A DNA stretch of 63,567 nucleotides from an uncultured Muribaculaceae bacterium (GTDB taxonomy: Bacteria > Pseudomonadota > Alphaproteobacteria > Rs-D84): positions 74,567 to 138,133 of the forward strand of contig CAYJKO010000001.1 in NCBI GenBank assembly GCA_964371145.1, read 5' to 3'. The notes beneath the pieces were generated by a model. That model was not told where the DNA came from and made no database searches. It saw only the letters and a program-made list of their open reading frames with translations. This document shows, in pieces, positions 27,905 through 37,406 of the stretch (its first letter is position 1; the number at the start of each line of letters is the position of its first letter). Both the position numbers and the translations under genes were made by a program.

Positions 27905-28708
27905 TTGAAAAAGTTCTTGAAATTTTGTGTGTTTTTGGCGGGTATATCTTATGCCGGTGCCGGTATGTCTGCTATTAAAATAACCAAAGCGTCATCCGTT
28001 GAATCGGTTGCAAAAAATGACGCGGGTTCATCTACGACTTCTGCAATTTCCAGTTTGGTGCCGACTGCTATCAATATATGGCAGGGCGTATCCAGTTTGC
28101 AAAATACAAAATCTCAATTAACCCAAGAATGCTTGCCTACGACAACAGAAATTAATTTTGTCGATAAAATGATGAAAGAATGGGCAAAGTCAGGTGGCGC
28201 AAAACCAATTAGCATAAAAGTATGTGATGGTACAACATATCAAACATCTGTGATGTATGCGGCCGATACTTCTGGTTTGGAAAATACAATCTGTGCGGAT
28301 TCTTTCAATACAGATAAAGATGAATATAAAATTTGGCATAAATACCCAAAAGCAGGAATTGCATCATATTGTAAAAATGGCGATGTGTTTTGTGATGGCA
28401 AGGATAAGGTGTCTGTGTCCAATGCGTATGATTTATTTGCTTTAATCCCGTTTGCACCCGAAGATTATCTGGCGTCTGAATTAACAATGGCGGCACAATT
28501 ACAAGAAAAAGCGGCAAAATGTGGAACTGCGAGTATAAATGCAAAAACAAAGGCTGCGTGGTCTGAATTTTTGATGGGCACTATTGGTAATTTGGGCCAA
28601 TCAACAAATACAGGTGCAATTGTGCAACAGGTGTCATCCATGGGTGGGACGGGGTCTGGTGCTTTGAATTCTTTGGGTGGAATCGCAACGCAATTTTTAA
28701 TGAAATAA
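27905..28708 (+). CDS. Hypothetical secreted cysteine-containing protein
   Basis: It uses a TTG start. It has a signal peptide, 8 Cys residues and a Gly/Ser/Thr-rich C-terminus. TGgTATAAT at 27873-27881 lies upstream. Confidence 0.6.
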   Translation: MKKFLKFCVFLAGISYAGAGMSAIKITKASSVESVAKNDAGSSTTSAISSLVPTAINIWQGVSSLQNTKSQLTQECLPTTTEINFVDKMMKEWAKSGGAKPISIKVCDGTTYQTSVMYAADTSGLENTICADSFNTDKDEYKIWHKYPKAGIASYCKNGDVFCDGKDKVSVSNAYDLFALIPFAPEDYLASELTMAAQLQEKAAKCGTASINAKTKAAWSEFLMGTIGNLGQSTNTGAIVQQVSSMGGTGSGALNSLGGIATQFLMK

Positions 28709-28824
28709 AACACATAAACACCAATAGGAAATACATCGGTTATTTGCCGGTGTTTTTTTTGTTGCGTAAATTGTGACGATTTTACTATGATATAAATTAT
28801 GTAAATAAGGAGCGATAGAGCAGA

Positions 28825-30744
28825 GTGAGAAAGCTTTTGCCGTTTTTGTGCTGTTTAAAGAGTGTTTTTGTATTAAAAACGCGACTGTCTTTTGCAACTG
28901 TGCCAAGGCTTGTAATCTGCGGAATATTGATGGTTTTGTGCTTTTCCGCGAATGCGAATGCAAATTGCGCAAATAACGAATATTTGGACAATGGTGTTTG
29001 TACGTTATGCCCATGGGGCGGGGCCGCGATTGTCGGTGCGGATAATATCCAAGATTGTTATTTTGATGTGGTTTTTCCGTCAACAACCACAGAATGGGTG
29101 GTTCCTACGACGCATATAACGTGGATCAATACGGTTCCGCAAGATTTGCCGACCAAATTTTATGATATCTTTGAATTGATTGATATTACAACAGGGACAA
29201 AATTACCGTATGACGAAGCAGCGCATACCTATACAGGGATAAATGCAAATACAAAATACAGATTTATAGATATGGTAAACGGATGGGGGGCTGTGAAATC
29301 TGTAAAGGGGATGTTTACAACGGTGCCTTTTACTTCGATCGATTTGCCAAATACATGGGGTAATATATCCTCAACGGAATTAATGTTTTTTAATGCGCCA
29401 AATTTGGTTACAATTAAATTGCCGGATGCTTGGGGTGATAGTTTGGTGTATTTGGCTTCTATGTTTGCGCATTGCAAATCGTTAAAAAATATTAATTTGC
29501 CAGATGATTGGCATAAAGTTCAAAATTTGGGTCAATTATTTTACAATGCATTTGCGTTCGCGGGGACGGAATTGCCGGATACGTGGGGTAATGTTACGAA
29601 CGCATCATATATGTTTTCATCGTGTCGTGAAATGGAAACGGTTGTGTTGCCGGATGATTGGCGTTCGGTTGGTGCCATAACGGCGATGTTTTCGAGCACT
29701 CGTAAATTAAAGACAATCAAATTAAAAGACGAAAATGGTAATATTCGAACCGATTTGCCGCCGAATTCTTTGCCGGCGCGTTGGGGTAATATCAGGGGCA
29801 CAATTAGTTTGTTTTCTAGCGCGTTTGAGTTGGAGGCAATTGCGATACCAGACAGTTGGGATAATATGATAAATGTAAAAAATATGTTTTCTAGCAATTA
29901 TAAATTGACCGATATTAAATTATTGGATGAAAATGGTAATGTTCGCACCGATTTGCCGACGAATTCTTTACCAGTATCTTGGGGCAAAATCACAAATACG
30001 GCATATATGTTTTATAATAACAGATTATTGTCAGAAATAATTATTCCGGACAGTTGGGGTTTGGTACAGGATACGTCATATATTTTTCAAAACGTGCCTT
30101 TGACGGAAATTGATTTGCCGGTGACCTGGGATAATGTTTGGAACACGCGTTTTTTATTGGCGGGAACGAATATCGATTATATTGTGTTGCCAGACAGTTG
30201 GGAAAATATCACAGATTTCGAAGGGATGTTCACAAATGCGGGTTTCACCGCGTCGGGGGTGGGGGTTACAAATGAAACCGATCCAAATATCCCCGTCGGC
30301 ACAATTGCGTCGCCCGCGGTAAAAATATTCCCGTCCCAATTATACGCACCCGAATTGGGTGTGGGTGTGGTTGTTGAATCGTGCCAACCTGGATATTATG
30401 TGTTTGACGAAGTCTGTATTCCTGTGGGGCCGGGATATTACGGTGTTGGTGGTTGGACGGACAGAGCTTCTTGCGGTACTGGTCGGACGTCGATTGGATT
30501 TGGCGCGGCTTCCAGCCATGTGACGGATTGTGGACGTGTATTAAATTTTACATTGCCAGATGGTACGATAAAGCAATTGGGAATGTCTTATACAAGAACT
30601 ACGTTTCCATCTTTGGTGATTAATTCAGGTGGTACGGAATATTATGGTAAAATGAAGCTGTGTAATAATGAATCTGATTATGTTGGAACTTTGCGATTAA
30701 ATTATGATGGCAACACATATTGTGTTTATGATGATAATTTATAA
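28825..30744 (+). CDS. BspA/DUF285-type leucine-rich-repeat surface protein with Cys-rich caps
   Basis: There are about 12 repeats of roughly 24 aa of the form LPD.WG.V.....MF.....L..I (about nt 29335-30235). Ephrin-receptor-like Cys motifs sit at both ends. The GTG start is uncertain. Confidence 0.7.
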   Translation: MRKLLPFLCCLKSVFVLKTRLSFATVPRLVICGILMVLCFSANANANCANNEYLDNGVCTLCPWGGAAIVGADNIQDCYFDVVFPSTTTEWVVPTTHITWINTVPQDLPTKFYDIFELIDITTGTKLPYDEAAHTYTGINANTKYRFIDMVNGWGAVKSVKGMFTTVPFTSIDLPNTWGNISSTELMFFNAPNLVTIKLPDAWGDSLVYLASMFAHCKSLKNINLPDDWHKVQNLGQLFYNAFAFAGTELPDTWGNVTNASYMFSSCREMETVVLPDDWRSVGAITAMFSSTRKLKTIKLKDENGNIRTDLPPNSLPARWGNIRGTISLFSSAFELEAIAIPDSWDNMINVKNMFSSNYKLTDIKLLDENGNVRTDLPTNSLPVSWGKITNTAYMFYNNRLLSEIIIPDSWGLVQDTSYIFQNVPLTEIDLPVTWDNVWNTRFLLAGTNIDYIVLPDSWENITDFEGMFTNAGFTASGVGVTNETDPNIPVGTIASPAVKIFPSQLYAPELGVGVVVESCQPGYYVFDEVCIPVGPGYYGVGGWTDRASCGTGRTSIGFGAASSHVTDCGRVLNFTLPDGTIKQLGMSYTRTTFPSLVINSGGTEYYGKMKLCNNESDYVGTLRLNYDGNTYCVYDDNL

Positions 30745-30828
30745 CATTATTTTTATTCTTATTTTTCGCTTTACTAAACAGCGAAAAATAAGGTATAATG
30801 AATTAAATAGACAAACAGGGGAAGGTTT

Positions 30829-32313
30829 ATGAAATATAAAAATAATTCTTTAAAAATTGCGCTGGCTTTGATTTTTCCGGGGTTTTTAATGGTCGGATGT
30901 GGTGGACAAAACGCGTCTGACATTAATGATAATATGATGATGGCGACCCCGTCTGTTGATTATGTAGAAAGTTTAGATGTATCAAAGTCTGCTCATGATG
31001 ATTCTTTCTTGGATCAATTGGCAATGAATTACAGATCTTATGGTATTTATAATGCCAGAACCAGCGGTTATCCAGATATCGGTGAAATTTTCGCAAACAA
31101 AGCTATTGCGGCTTTTTCCGGTGAAATGCCGGCTGCTGAAAGTTTGGAACAATGGAATATCGGCGATTCAGAAATTTCATTTGAAATAAATAATGCATAT
31201 AATGATATGATGGACGCTTTCCAAAATGACGCAACAATAGAAAGCCCAAAGGTCGCAGCAGAGGCTCAGGCTAAATTCGATTGTTGGATTTCATCTGCCG
31301 CCAGCGGACAGGGTGCGACTGCATTGGAATGTCGCGACAGATTTTTCAAAGCGTTAAGCGCATTGGATTGTGGTGGTGATTTAATTGAAAAAGAAATCAC
31401 AACAATCAAAAAAGAAACAAATATCAGAACAGAAAAAAAACAAGAACAATTCTACCCAATAACACGTGATATGACAATCACAGGGAATGCAAAAAATGCA
31501 CGCGAAGGTATAATAATCGTAAATAATATTGAAATGCCAGAACCAAAACCAATGGTGTTCAATCAAAATATTTACAGCAAAAAATCAGAACAAATCGCAC
31601 CGACTCCGATTGTTGCGGCGCCTGAACCAACACCAATTATTATTCAACAACAACCGGCAACCGTAATCACAACGCCTGAACCTGTTGCTGCACCTGTTGT
31701 TGTAAATCAACCAATAACAGATTATGTCACACGTGCAGAATTTATTGAAATGATGAATTTATTACGCGCAGAATTAAATGTTATTAATTCTAAATTAGAA
31801 AAAATTGGCAATTCTGAAACATATGAAAAAACAACTATCAAAGTGCAACAGATTCCATTAGAACCAAAACAACGCATAATGGAAGAAATTTTTGAAGTGC
31901 AATTTGATTTTAACAAAGCAATTGTTAAACCAGAATATCAAGATTTGATTAAAAAATTGGTTGATGCGACACAAAATAATAAAAATATGAAAGTTTCCGT
32001 TGTGGGTTATACCGATACGGTCGGATCACAGGCCTATAATTTTGCATTGGGCGGAAAGCGCGCAGAATCTGTTATGGATATGTTGGTGGAATATGGAATC
32101 CCACGTTCTCAAATTGTGATTGTGTCCGCGGGCGAAAATGATAACAAAGTTCCAACAAAAAATGGTGTGGAAAATGCGGAAAACCGCCGAGTGCGCATTG
32201 TTAAAGAGGTTCGTTACACAGAAAAACCGGCCACAATGCCCGTACAGGTTCAAACAGAAGAAATTTTGACAAATAGTGATGAAATTGAAATAAAACTTGA
32301 CAAAAATATTTAA
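30829..32313 (+). CDS. OmpA-domain lipoprotein with Pro-rich linker
   Basis: The lipobox is LMVGC. It has a Pro/Val/Thr-rich linker and a C-terminal OmpA/MotB domain (VVGYTDTVGS..YN..LG.KRA). Confidence 0.85.
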   Translation: MKYKNNSLKIALALIFPGFLMVGCGGQNASDINDNMMMATPSVDYVESLDVSKSAHDDSFLDQLAMNYRSYGIYNARTSGYPDIGEIFANKAIAAFSGEMPAAESLEQWNIGDSEISFEINNAYNDMMDAFQNDATIESPKVAAEAQAKFDCWISSAASGQGATALECRDRFFKALSALDCGGDLIEKEITTIKKETNIRTEKKQEQFYPITRDMTITGNAKNAREGIIIVNNIEMPEPKPMVFNQNIYSKKSEQIAPTPIVAAPEPTPIIIQQQPATVITTPEPVAAPVVVNQPITDYVTRAEFIEMMNLLRAELNVINSKLEKIGNSETYEKTTIKVQQIPLEPKQRIMEEIFEVQFDFNKAIVKPEYQDLIKKLVDATQNNKNMKVSVVGYTDTVGSQAYNFALGGKRAESVMDMLVEYGIPRSQIVIVSAGENDNKVPTKNGVENAENRRVRIVKEVRYTEKPATMPVQVQTEEILTNSDEIEIKLDKNI

Positions 32314-32369
32314 TTGGTGTAACTTACATTAAATAAAGATGTTTTGTCTGCTTACGAAGAGGTATAATT

Positions 32370-32519
32370 ATGAGTAGTTTAAAAGACGCAGTGCAAAAAA
32401 TGCAAGAAAAAGTTGTTGGCGCAGGAAGATTTAATAAAGCGATTTTTAATATGGAAAACGCTTTGAGAAATCGCGGCATCGAACTTGGAGATGCCTCAAT
32501 AGGTCAAGAAAGAGAATAA
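32370..32519 (+). CDS. Possible small protein (49 aa)
   Basis: A GAAGAGG RBS lies 7 nt upstream of the ATG. The translation begins MSSLKDAVQKMQEKVVGAGRF. It is followed directly by its own terminator. Confidence 0.35.
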   Translation: MSSLKDAVQKMQEKVVGAGRFNKAIFNMENALRNRGIELGDASIGQERE

Positions 32520-32524
32520 TTAAA

Positions 32525-32556
32525 GGGCTGCAAAATTTGCGGCCTTTTGTTTTTTA
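32525..32556 (+). terminator. Rho-independent terminator
   Basis: The stem ggctgc/gcggcc encloses loop aaaattt and is followed by a T-rich run. Confidence 0.65.
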
Positions 32557-32568
32557 CTTTGATTTTAC

Positions 32569-32597
32569 TTGACTTTTCTGGTGTTTTTTGATATATT
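32569..32597 (+). promoter_or_regulatory. Sigma70-type promoter for rho
   Basis: TTGACT (32569-32574), a 17-nt spacer, then TATATT (32592-32597), with TG at the extended -10 position. Confidence 0.5.
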
Positions 32598-32658
32598 ATT
32601 TGTGAACAGATGTTCTTCTGTTATTTAATTTCTCCAAATAAAATTTTAAGGATTTTTT

Positions 32659-33927
32659 ATGCATGTAAATGAATTAAAGGCCAAAAGCCCAAAAGAATTA
32701 TTGGAAATGGCTGAAAAAATGGGAATTGAAAATCCCTCTCAATTAAATGTTCAACAATTACGTTTCGCGGTATTGCGAATAATCGCGGCCGATAAAAAAA
32801 CTGAATTAATCGGTGACGGTGTTTTAGAACGTATGCAAGATGGTTTCGGATTCTTGCGCGCAGGGGTCAGCAATTATTTGGCGGGTCCGGACGATTTATA
32901 CGTTTCACCAAATTTAATTAAAAAATATGGATTAAAAACTGGCGATTACATAGAAGGTAAAATCCAAGCCCCACAAAACGAATCCGAAAGATATTTTGCG
33001 TTGGACGGAATTGAACGTGTTAATGGTGAAAAGCCTGAAAAATTGAAACATCGTATTTCTTTTGATGATATGACACCATTGTATCCGGATGAAAAATTAA
33101 AAATGGAAGTCGAAGATGACAAAGAAAAAGGGCGCGCTTTATCTGCTCGTGTGATTGATTTAATTTCTCCGACGGGAAAAGGTCAACGTTCTTTGATTGT
33201 GGCGCCCCCACGTACAGGTAAAACGGTTATGTTGCAAAATATTGCGAATTCTGTTGCAACGAATTATCCGGATGTAAAATTAATTGTATTATTAATCGAT
33301 GAACGACCAGAAGAAGTTACCGATATGAAACGCAGCGTTCGTGGCGAAGTTATTTCCAGCACATTTGATGAACCGGCCGCACGCCATATCCAGGTTGCTG
33401 AAATGGTTATAGAAAAAGCAAAAAGATTGGTGGAATCAGGTCAAGATGTTGTAATATTGTTGGATTCTATTACACGTTTGGGACGCGCTTATAATACGGT
33501 TGTACCATCCAGTGGTAAGGTTTTAACAGGTGGTGTGGACGCGTATGCATTGCAACGCCCAAAACGTTTCTTTGGTGCGGCTCGTAATATCGAAGGCGGT
33601 GGCAGTTTGACTATTATTGCAACGGCTCTGGTCGACACGGGATCTAAAATGGACGAAGTTATCTTTGAAGAATTCAAAGGTACAGGTAATTCCGAAATCA
33701 TTTTGGATAGAAAATTATCTGATAAACGCGTATATCCTGCAATTGATATTACAAAATCAGGAACTCGTAAAGAAGATTTATTGGTTGGTAAAGACATCTT
33801 GTCAAAAATGTATGTATTGCGCCGCATTATTAATCCGATGGGAACATTGGATGCGATGGAATTTTTATTGGATAAATTGCGTTCTACAAAAACCAATGAT
33901 GATTTCTTTTCTTCTATGAATGGATAA
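32659..33927 (+). CDS. rho: Transcription termination factor Rho
   Basis: It has the N-terminal Rho_N region, the RNA-binding GFGFLR motif and Walker A PPRTGKT. Confidence 0.96.
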   Translation: MHVNELKAKSPKELLEMAEKMGIENPSQLNVQQLRFAVLRIIAADKKTELIGDGVLERMQDGFGFLRAGVSNYLAGPDDLYVSPNLIKKYGLKTGDYIEGKIQAPQNESERYFALDGIERVNGEKPEKLKHRISFDDMTPLYPDEKLKMEVEDDKEKGRALSARVIDLISPTGKGQRSLIVAPPRTGKTVMLQNIANSVATNYPDVKLIVLLIDERPEEVTDMKRSVRGEVISSTFDEPAARHIQVAEMVIEKAKRLVESGQDVVILLDSITRLGRAYNTVVPSSGKVLTGGVDAYALQRPKRFFGAARNIEGGGSLTIIATALVDTGSKMDEVIFEEFKGTGNSEIILDRKLSDKRVYPAIDITKSGTRKEDLLVGKDILSKMYVLRRIINPMGTLDAMEFLLDKLRSTKTNDDFFSSMNG

Positions 33928-33933
33928 AATCTT

Positions 33934-33959
33934 AAATCCCCGAATGGGGATTTTTTTTT
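33934..33959 (+). terminator. Rho-independent terminator after rho
   Basis: The stem aatcccc/ggggatt encloses loop gaat and is followed by a T9 run. Confidence 0.8.
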
Positions 33960-33981
33960 ATAACAATATGGAAATACAAAA

Positions 33982-34218
33982 ATGATGAAAATTTATATGG
34001 CTGGGTTTATCCTGGCCTTTATTTTGTCCGCATATTTTGCGGGTCAAAAAGTAGGGCGCGAAAAATGTCGCGCAGATTTCGCTGAACGTGAAACAGGCGA
34101 TGTTTTAAATGCTCAAACAAAAATTATAAATACAAAAGAGAAAATAAATGAAGAAGATTATAATAATGATATTGTGTATGTTCGTGATTGGTTGCGCAAA
34201 AAATACACCGCAAAATAA
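33982..34218 (+). CDS. i-spanin-like small type-II membrane protein
   Basis: It has an N-terminal TM helix followed by a charged, helical region. The next gene starts inside its 3' end. Confidence 0.4.
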   Translation: MMKIYMAGFILAFILSAYFAGQKVGREKCRADFAERETGDVLNAQTKIINTKEKINEEDYNNDIVYVRDWLRKKYTAK

Positions 34219-34360
34219 CGTATCGAATTTATTGATTGCACGTCAAATATGTGAACCGATTTATGGAACGGGCAAAGATTGGGATTGTATCAGCGAAAAT
34301 ATGGCTCGCCAAATATATCGACATAACAGAAAGTGCGAAGAAATAAGAAAAAAGAGTTGA
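34148..34360 (+). CDS. o-spanin-like small lipoprotein (LysC/Rz1-like pattern)
   Basis: The lipobox is VIGC. The mature part reads CEPIY...D.D.IS...ARQIYRHNRKC. It starts in the +1 frame 71 nt before the stop of the preceding ORF. An AAAGAG RBS lies upstream. Confidence 0.45.
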   Translation: MKKIIIMILCMFVIGCAKNTPQNNVSNLLIARQICEPIYGTGKDWDCISENMARQIYRHNRKCEEIRKKS

Positions 34361-34384
34361 CAATAATATATGTTTGTGTATAAA
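34357..34384 (+). promoter_or_regulatory. Sigma70-type promoter for the kinase-like operon (near-leaderless)
   Basis: TTGACA (34357-34362), a 16-nt spacer, then TATAAA (34379-34384). The ATG at 34393 is only 8 nt downstream and has no RBS. Confidence 0.5.
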
Positions 34385-34392
34385 ATATTGTT

Positions 34393-35403
34393 ATGAGAGT
34401 TGAATCAAAATCTTTTGTAGCAGATTTAAGCGAGAGCAAAAAACCAGAATTAGAATATATTCATTCTGGTGCTCAAACATCGGCATATAAAATACAATCA
34501 TTGTCTGGGGATTTTGTTTTAAAGGTTCCGAAATATGCACATAGCCCAAAATGGTCAATAAAAATACGTCGGGCAAAAAGATGTTCGGACAATGTTCGTA
34601 AAACTTTTAATAATGATAAATATTTTATCCCAAAAACTTTTATTTCAAATGGCGATGTTTATGAACAATTCGTCCCGGGCATTATGGCAAAAGATTTTAA
34701 TTTCCGCGATATGTGTTCAAAAGAAAAAAAACTGTATGCTTTCTCTATGGCAAATTTTATTAATGATATGTCTGACATGGCGGCCATTAAAACACACGAG
34801 AACGATGAACGTTATCAAATATTACAAGGCGCAGTTGCAAATTTTATTTATTCCGATTTATTGGACGATTTTTCAGATTATATATTGCCAGAAAATAAAA
34901 ATTTTTTGATAGAATTATATGATTTTTTGGCTAATTGTCCCGAAAACAAAACAAAAATTTTAATGCACAACGATTTAAATTACGCAAATGTTTTTATTGA
35001 TGAAAAAAATAAAAAAGTCGGCATAATTGATTTTGAATATATTGAATATGTTTCCCAAATACATTTAATGTATTCTGATTTTGCCCCATCTAAAACATTT
35101 TGGGATACGGTTGATTCATTGCCTCGCAAAACAAATTCAGAATTTAAATGGGAATTTGACATGGATAAAAAACGACTGTATAGATATACAATAAATTTAT
35201 CAAATTCTATGAATAAATTTTATGATAATTACCAAAATATTTATGATTCGTATAAACCCGCGCGCGACGAATTAATAAATGTGAATGAAAATTGTAAAAA
35301 ATTAAAACCTATTTTTGCCAGATTAAAAATTAAAGAAAAATTAAAACAAATGCAAAATAAATCAAAACAATTATGTTTGCCGGAGAAAATTAAATGCAAA
35401 TAA
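34393..35403 (+). CDS. APH/choline-kinase-fold phosphotransferase-like protein, paralogue 1
   Basis: It has the beta3 Lys motif FVLKVPK, the catalytic loop HNDLNYANVF and the DFG-equivalent GIIDFE. The family motif DSLPRKTNSEFKW is shared with the next two genes. Confidence 0.75.
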   Translation: MRVESKSFVADLSESKKPELEYIHSGAQTSAYKIQSLSGDFVLKVPKYAHSPKWSIKIRRAKRCSDNVRKTFNNDKYFIPKTFISNGDVYEQFVPGIMAKDFNFRDMCSKEKKLYAFSMANFINDMSDMAAIKTHENDERYQILQGAVANFIYSDLLDDFSDYILPENKNFLIELYDFLANCPENKTKILMHNDLNYANVFIDEKNKKVGIIDFEYIEYVSQIHLMYSDFAPSKTFWDTVDSLPRKTNSEFKWEFDMDKKRLYRYTINLSNSMNKFYDNYQNIYDSYKPARDELINVNENCKKLKPIFARLKIKEKLKQMQNKSKQLCLPEKIKCK

Positions 35404-36344
35404 CGGGAAATAATTTTATCATTCCAAATTATAGACCGAAAAACGTCGAATATTGTATAAGCAGTGGTTCCGCCAGCGAGGTTTACAGATTAGATGATTC
35501 TGTCGGTGATTTTATTGAAAAAACACCAACGATTGCATATCGTGGGCAATTTGAATTTTGGATGGATACTGTAAAATATTCAAAAAAAATTACAGATAAA
35601 TTGCGCGGATTAAACAATAATAAATATTTTGTGCCGAAAACTTTTATAGCGGGAAATCGTGTTTTTGAACATATGATGCACGGCGTATTATTGAAAGACT
35701 TTAAATGGGAAAATGTAACAAATGTGGATAAAATTAAATACGCATTATCTTATGCGAATTTTATAAATGATTTTTCAGAATTAAAACCGGTTAAAAATAA
35801 AATGTTTTTTGGAAAAGAAATTCGTGGTATTTCAAAAGAAGGCATTTTTCTAGAATATTTATCTGAATTGGATTATATCTTGACCGAAGAAAATTATACA
35901 TTTATAAAAGAAGCTTTTAGAATAGTGGCAAAATTTCCTGAAAACAAACAAATCGTTTTTTGGCATAATGATTTGCATGATAAAAATATTTTTGTAAACG
36001 AAAAAAACAAAAAAATTGGTATCATAGATTTCGAAATGTCTGATTATAATTATAAAATATATGCTATGTATTCTCGCAAATCTTATGGAAAAACATTTTG
36101 GGATACAGTGGATGCGTTGCCGCGTAAAAAAAATTCAGAATTCAAATGGGGTTTCGATTCGGATAAATGTCGTATGTATAGATTTTTAGAATCATTGTTT
36201 ATAGATATGGTTGCGTGGCGTATGGGGTTGGACAAACCGCATCATTTTATTGGAAATTTTAAATATTTAGAAGATATAAACGAAAGATGCGATAAAATTC
36301 GTGCAGTTTTTAACAGGTTGAAAATGAATAAAATCAAAGGTTAA
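35394..36344 (+). CDS. APH/choline-kinase-fold phosphotransferase-like protein, paralogue 2
   Basis: It carries HNDLHDKNIF, GIIDFE and DALPRKKNSEFKW. A GGAG RBS is present and the gene overlaps paralogue 1 by 10 nt. Confidence 0.75.
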   Translation: MQITGNNFIIPNYRPKNVEYCISSGSASEVYRLDDSVGDFIEKTPTIAYRGQFEFWMDTVKYSKKITDKLRGLNNNKYFVPKTFIAGNRVFEHMMHGVLLKDFKWENVTNVDKIKYALSYANFINDFSELKPVKNKMFFGKEIRGISKEGIFLEYLSELDYILTEENYTFIKEAFRIVAKFPENKQIVFWHNDLHDKNIFVNEKNKKIGIIDFEMSDYNYKIYAMYSRKSYGKTFWDTVDALPRKKNSEFKWGFDSDKCRMYRFLESLFIDMVAWRMGLDKPHHFIGNFKYLEDINERCDKIRAVFNRLKMNKIKG

Positions 36345-36345
36345 A

Positions 36346-37398
36346 ATGAAAACAATTTCTTCAAAATCTTTTCAAATAATTCCACAGATTATAAACAATG
36401 GCGAAAATATTAAAATTGGTCGTTGGACGCGTACAGAAAAAACAGATTCTGGGTCGGGGCCGATTGTAAAAAAAATTATAAAAGATATGTCAAACCATTA
36501 TATGGTGGAACATTGGGTTGATCGCGTAAAATATGCTAAATCTGTGACGGATAATTTGCGATTAAATAAAACAGATGCGTATTTTGTTCCGAAAACTTTT
36601 ATATCAAACGGTAATGTATACGAACAGTTTGCGTATGGCACACCGGTCTATGATTTGAAAAATCCATCAAATAAAATAAAAAAATCTGCGACAAACTCTT
36701 TGGCTAATTTTATCAATGATATGTCGGAAATAAAACATACAGAACATTATGTTAAACAAGATGATGGAATTTGGCGTTATGCAGATTTGCCAGAAAGTGT
36801 GCGTATTGATTTCGGAATTGAAAAATATATAGAAACGTACAATTTAAACCAAATCACAGATGAGACAAAAAAAATAGTTGATGAAATTAATCGTCATTTT
36901 AATTTAAACCAAGAATTAGTTTTCTGGCATGGGGATTTGGAACACGAAAATTTCTTTGTTGATGAAAAAACAGGCTTGGTATCGATATTTGATTTTGAAA
37001 TGGCGAAATTGTATTCTAAATATGATATAATGTACGACAGGTTGGATTTTATTCATTATGACGAAGATGATGCGCATAATATGTTCAGAGCCAAGTCTTT
37101 GTTTGATATGGCAGATTCTTTGCCACGCAAAACAAACCCAGATTTTAAATGGAATTATTCAAAAGACGGTTTGGAATTATATGAATTTATTGAAGATATA
37201 AAATTTTGTCTGGATGAATGTTTCGCCGAAAGTTTTTCAAATTACGAAGAATATTATGACCGGCGAACCTTTATAGATTCTTTGAATGAAACGGCAAAAC
37301 GTATGAAAGAAGTTTTCGAGAATTATAAAAAAATCGAAGAATATAAACAGGCAAGGGTGGGGCGGATTAAGGCATTACCTGGGTTTAAAACAAAATAA
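36346..37398 (+). CDS. APH/choline-kinase-fold phosphotransferase-like protein, paralogue 3
   Basis: It carries HGDLEHENFF, SIFDFE and DSLPRKTNPDFKW. It starts 1 nt after the stop of paralogue 2. Confidence 0.75.
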   Translation: MKTISSKSFQIIPQIINNGENIKIGRWTRTEKTDSGSGPIVKKIIKDMSNHYMVEHWVDRVKYAKSVTDNLRLNKTDAYFVPKTFISNGNVYEQFAYGTPVYDLKNPSNKIKKSATNSLANFINDMSEIKHTEHYVKQDDGIWRYADLPESVRIDFGIEKYIETYNLNQITDETKKIVDEINRHFNLNQELVFWHGDLEHENFFVDEKTGLVSIFDFEMAKLYSKYDIMYDRLDFIHYDEDDAHNMFRAKSLFDMADSLPRKTNPDFKWNYSKDGLELYEFIEDIKFCLDECFAESFSNYEEYYDRRTFIDSLNETAKRMKEVFENYKKIEEYKQARVGRIKALPGFKTK

Positions 37399-37406
37399 AA
37401 AAAGAC

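Noticed and set aside
28697-29086. A 129-aa minus-strand ORF, and the ORF at 28797..28991.
   Set aside because: They overlap the 5' region of the BspA-like gene and the terminator region of the preceding gene. They have no RBS and their composition is His/Arg/Pro-rich and odd.
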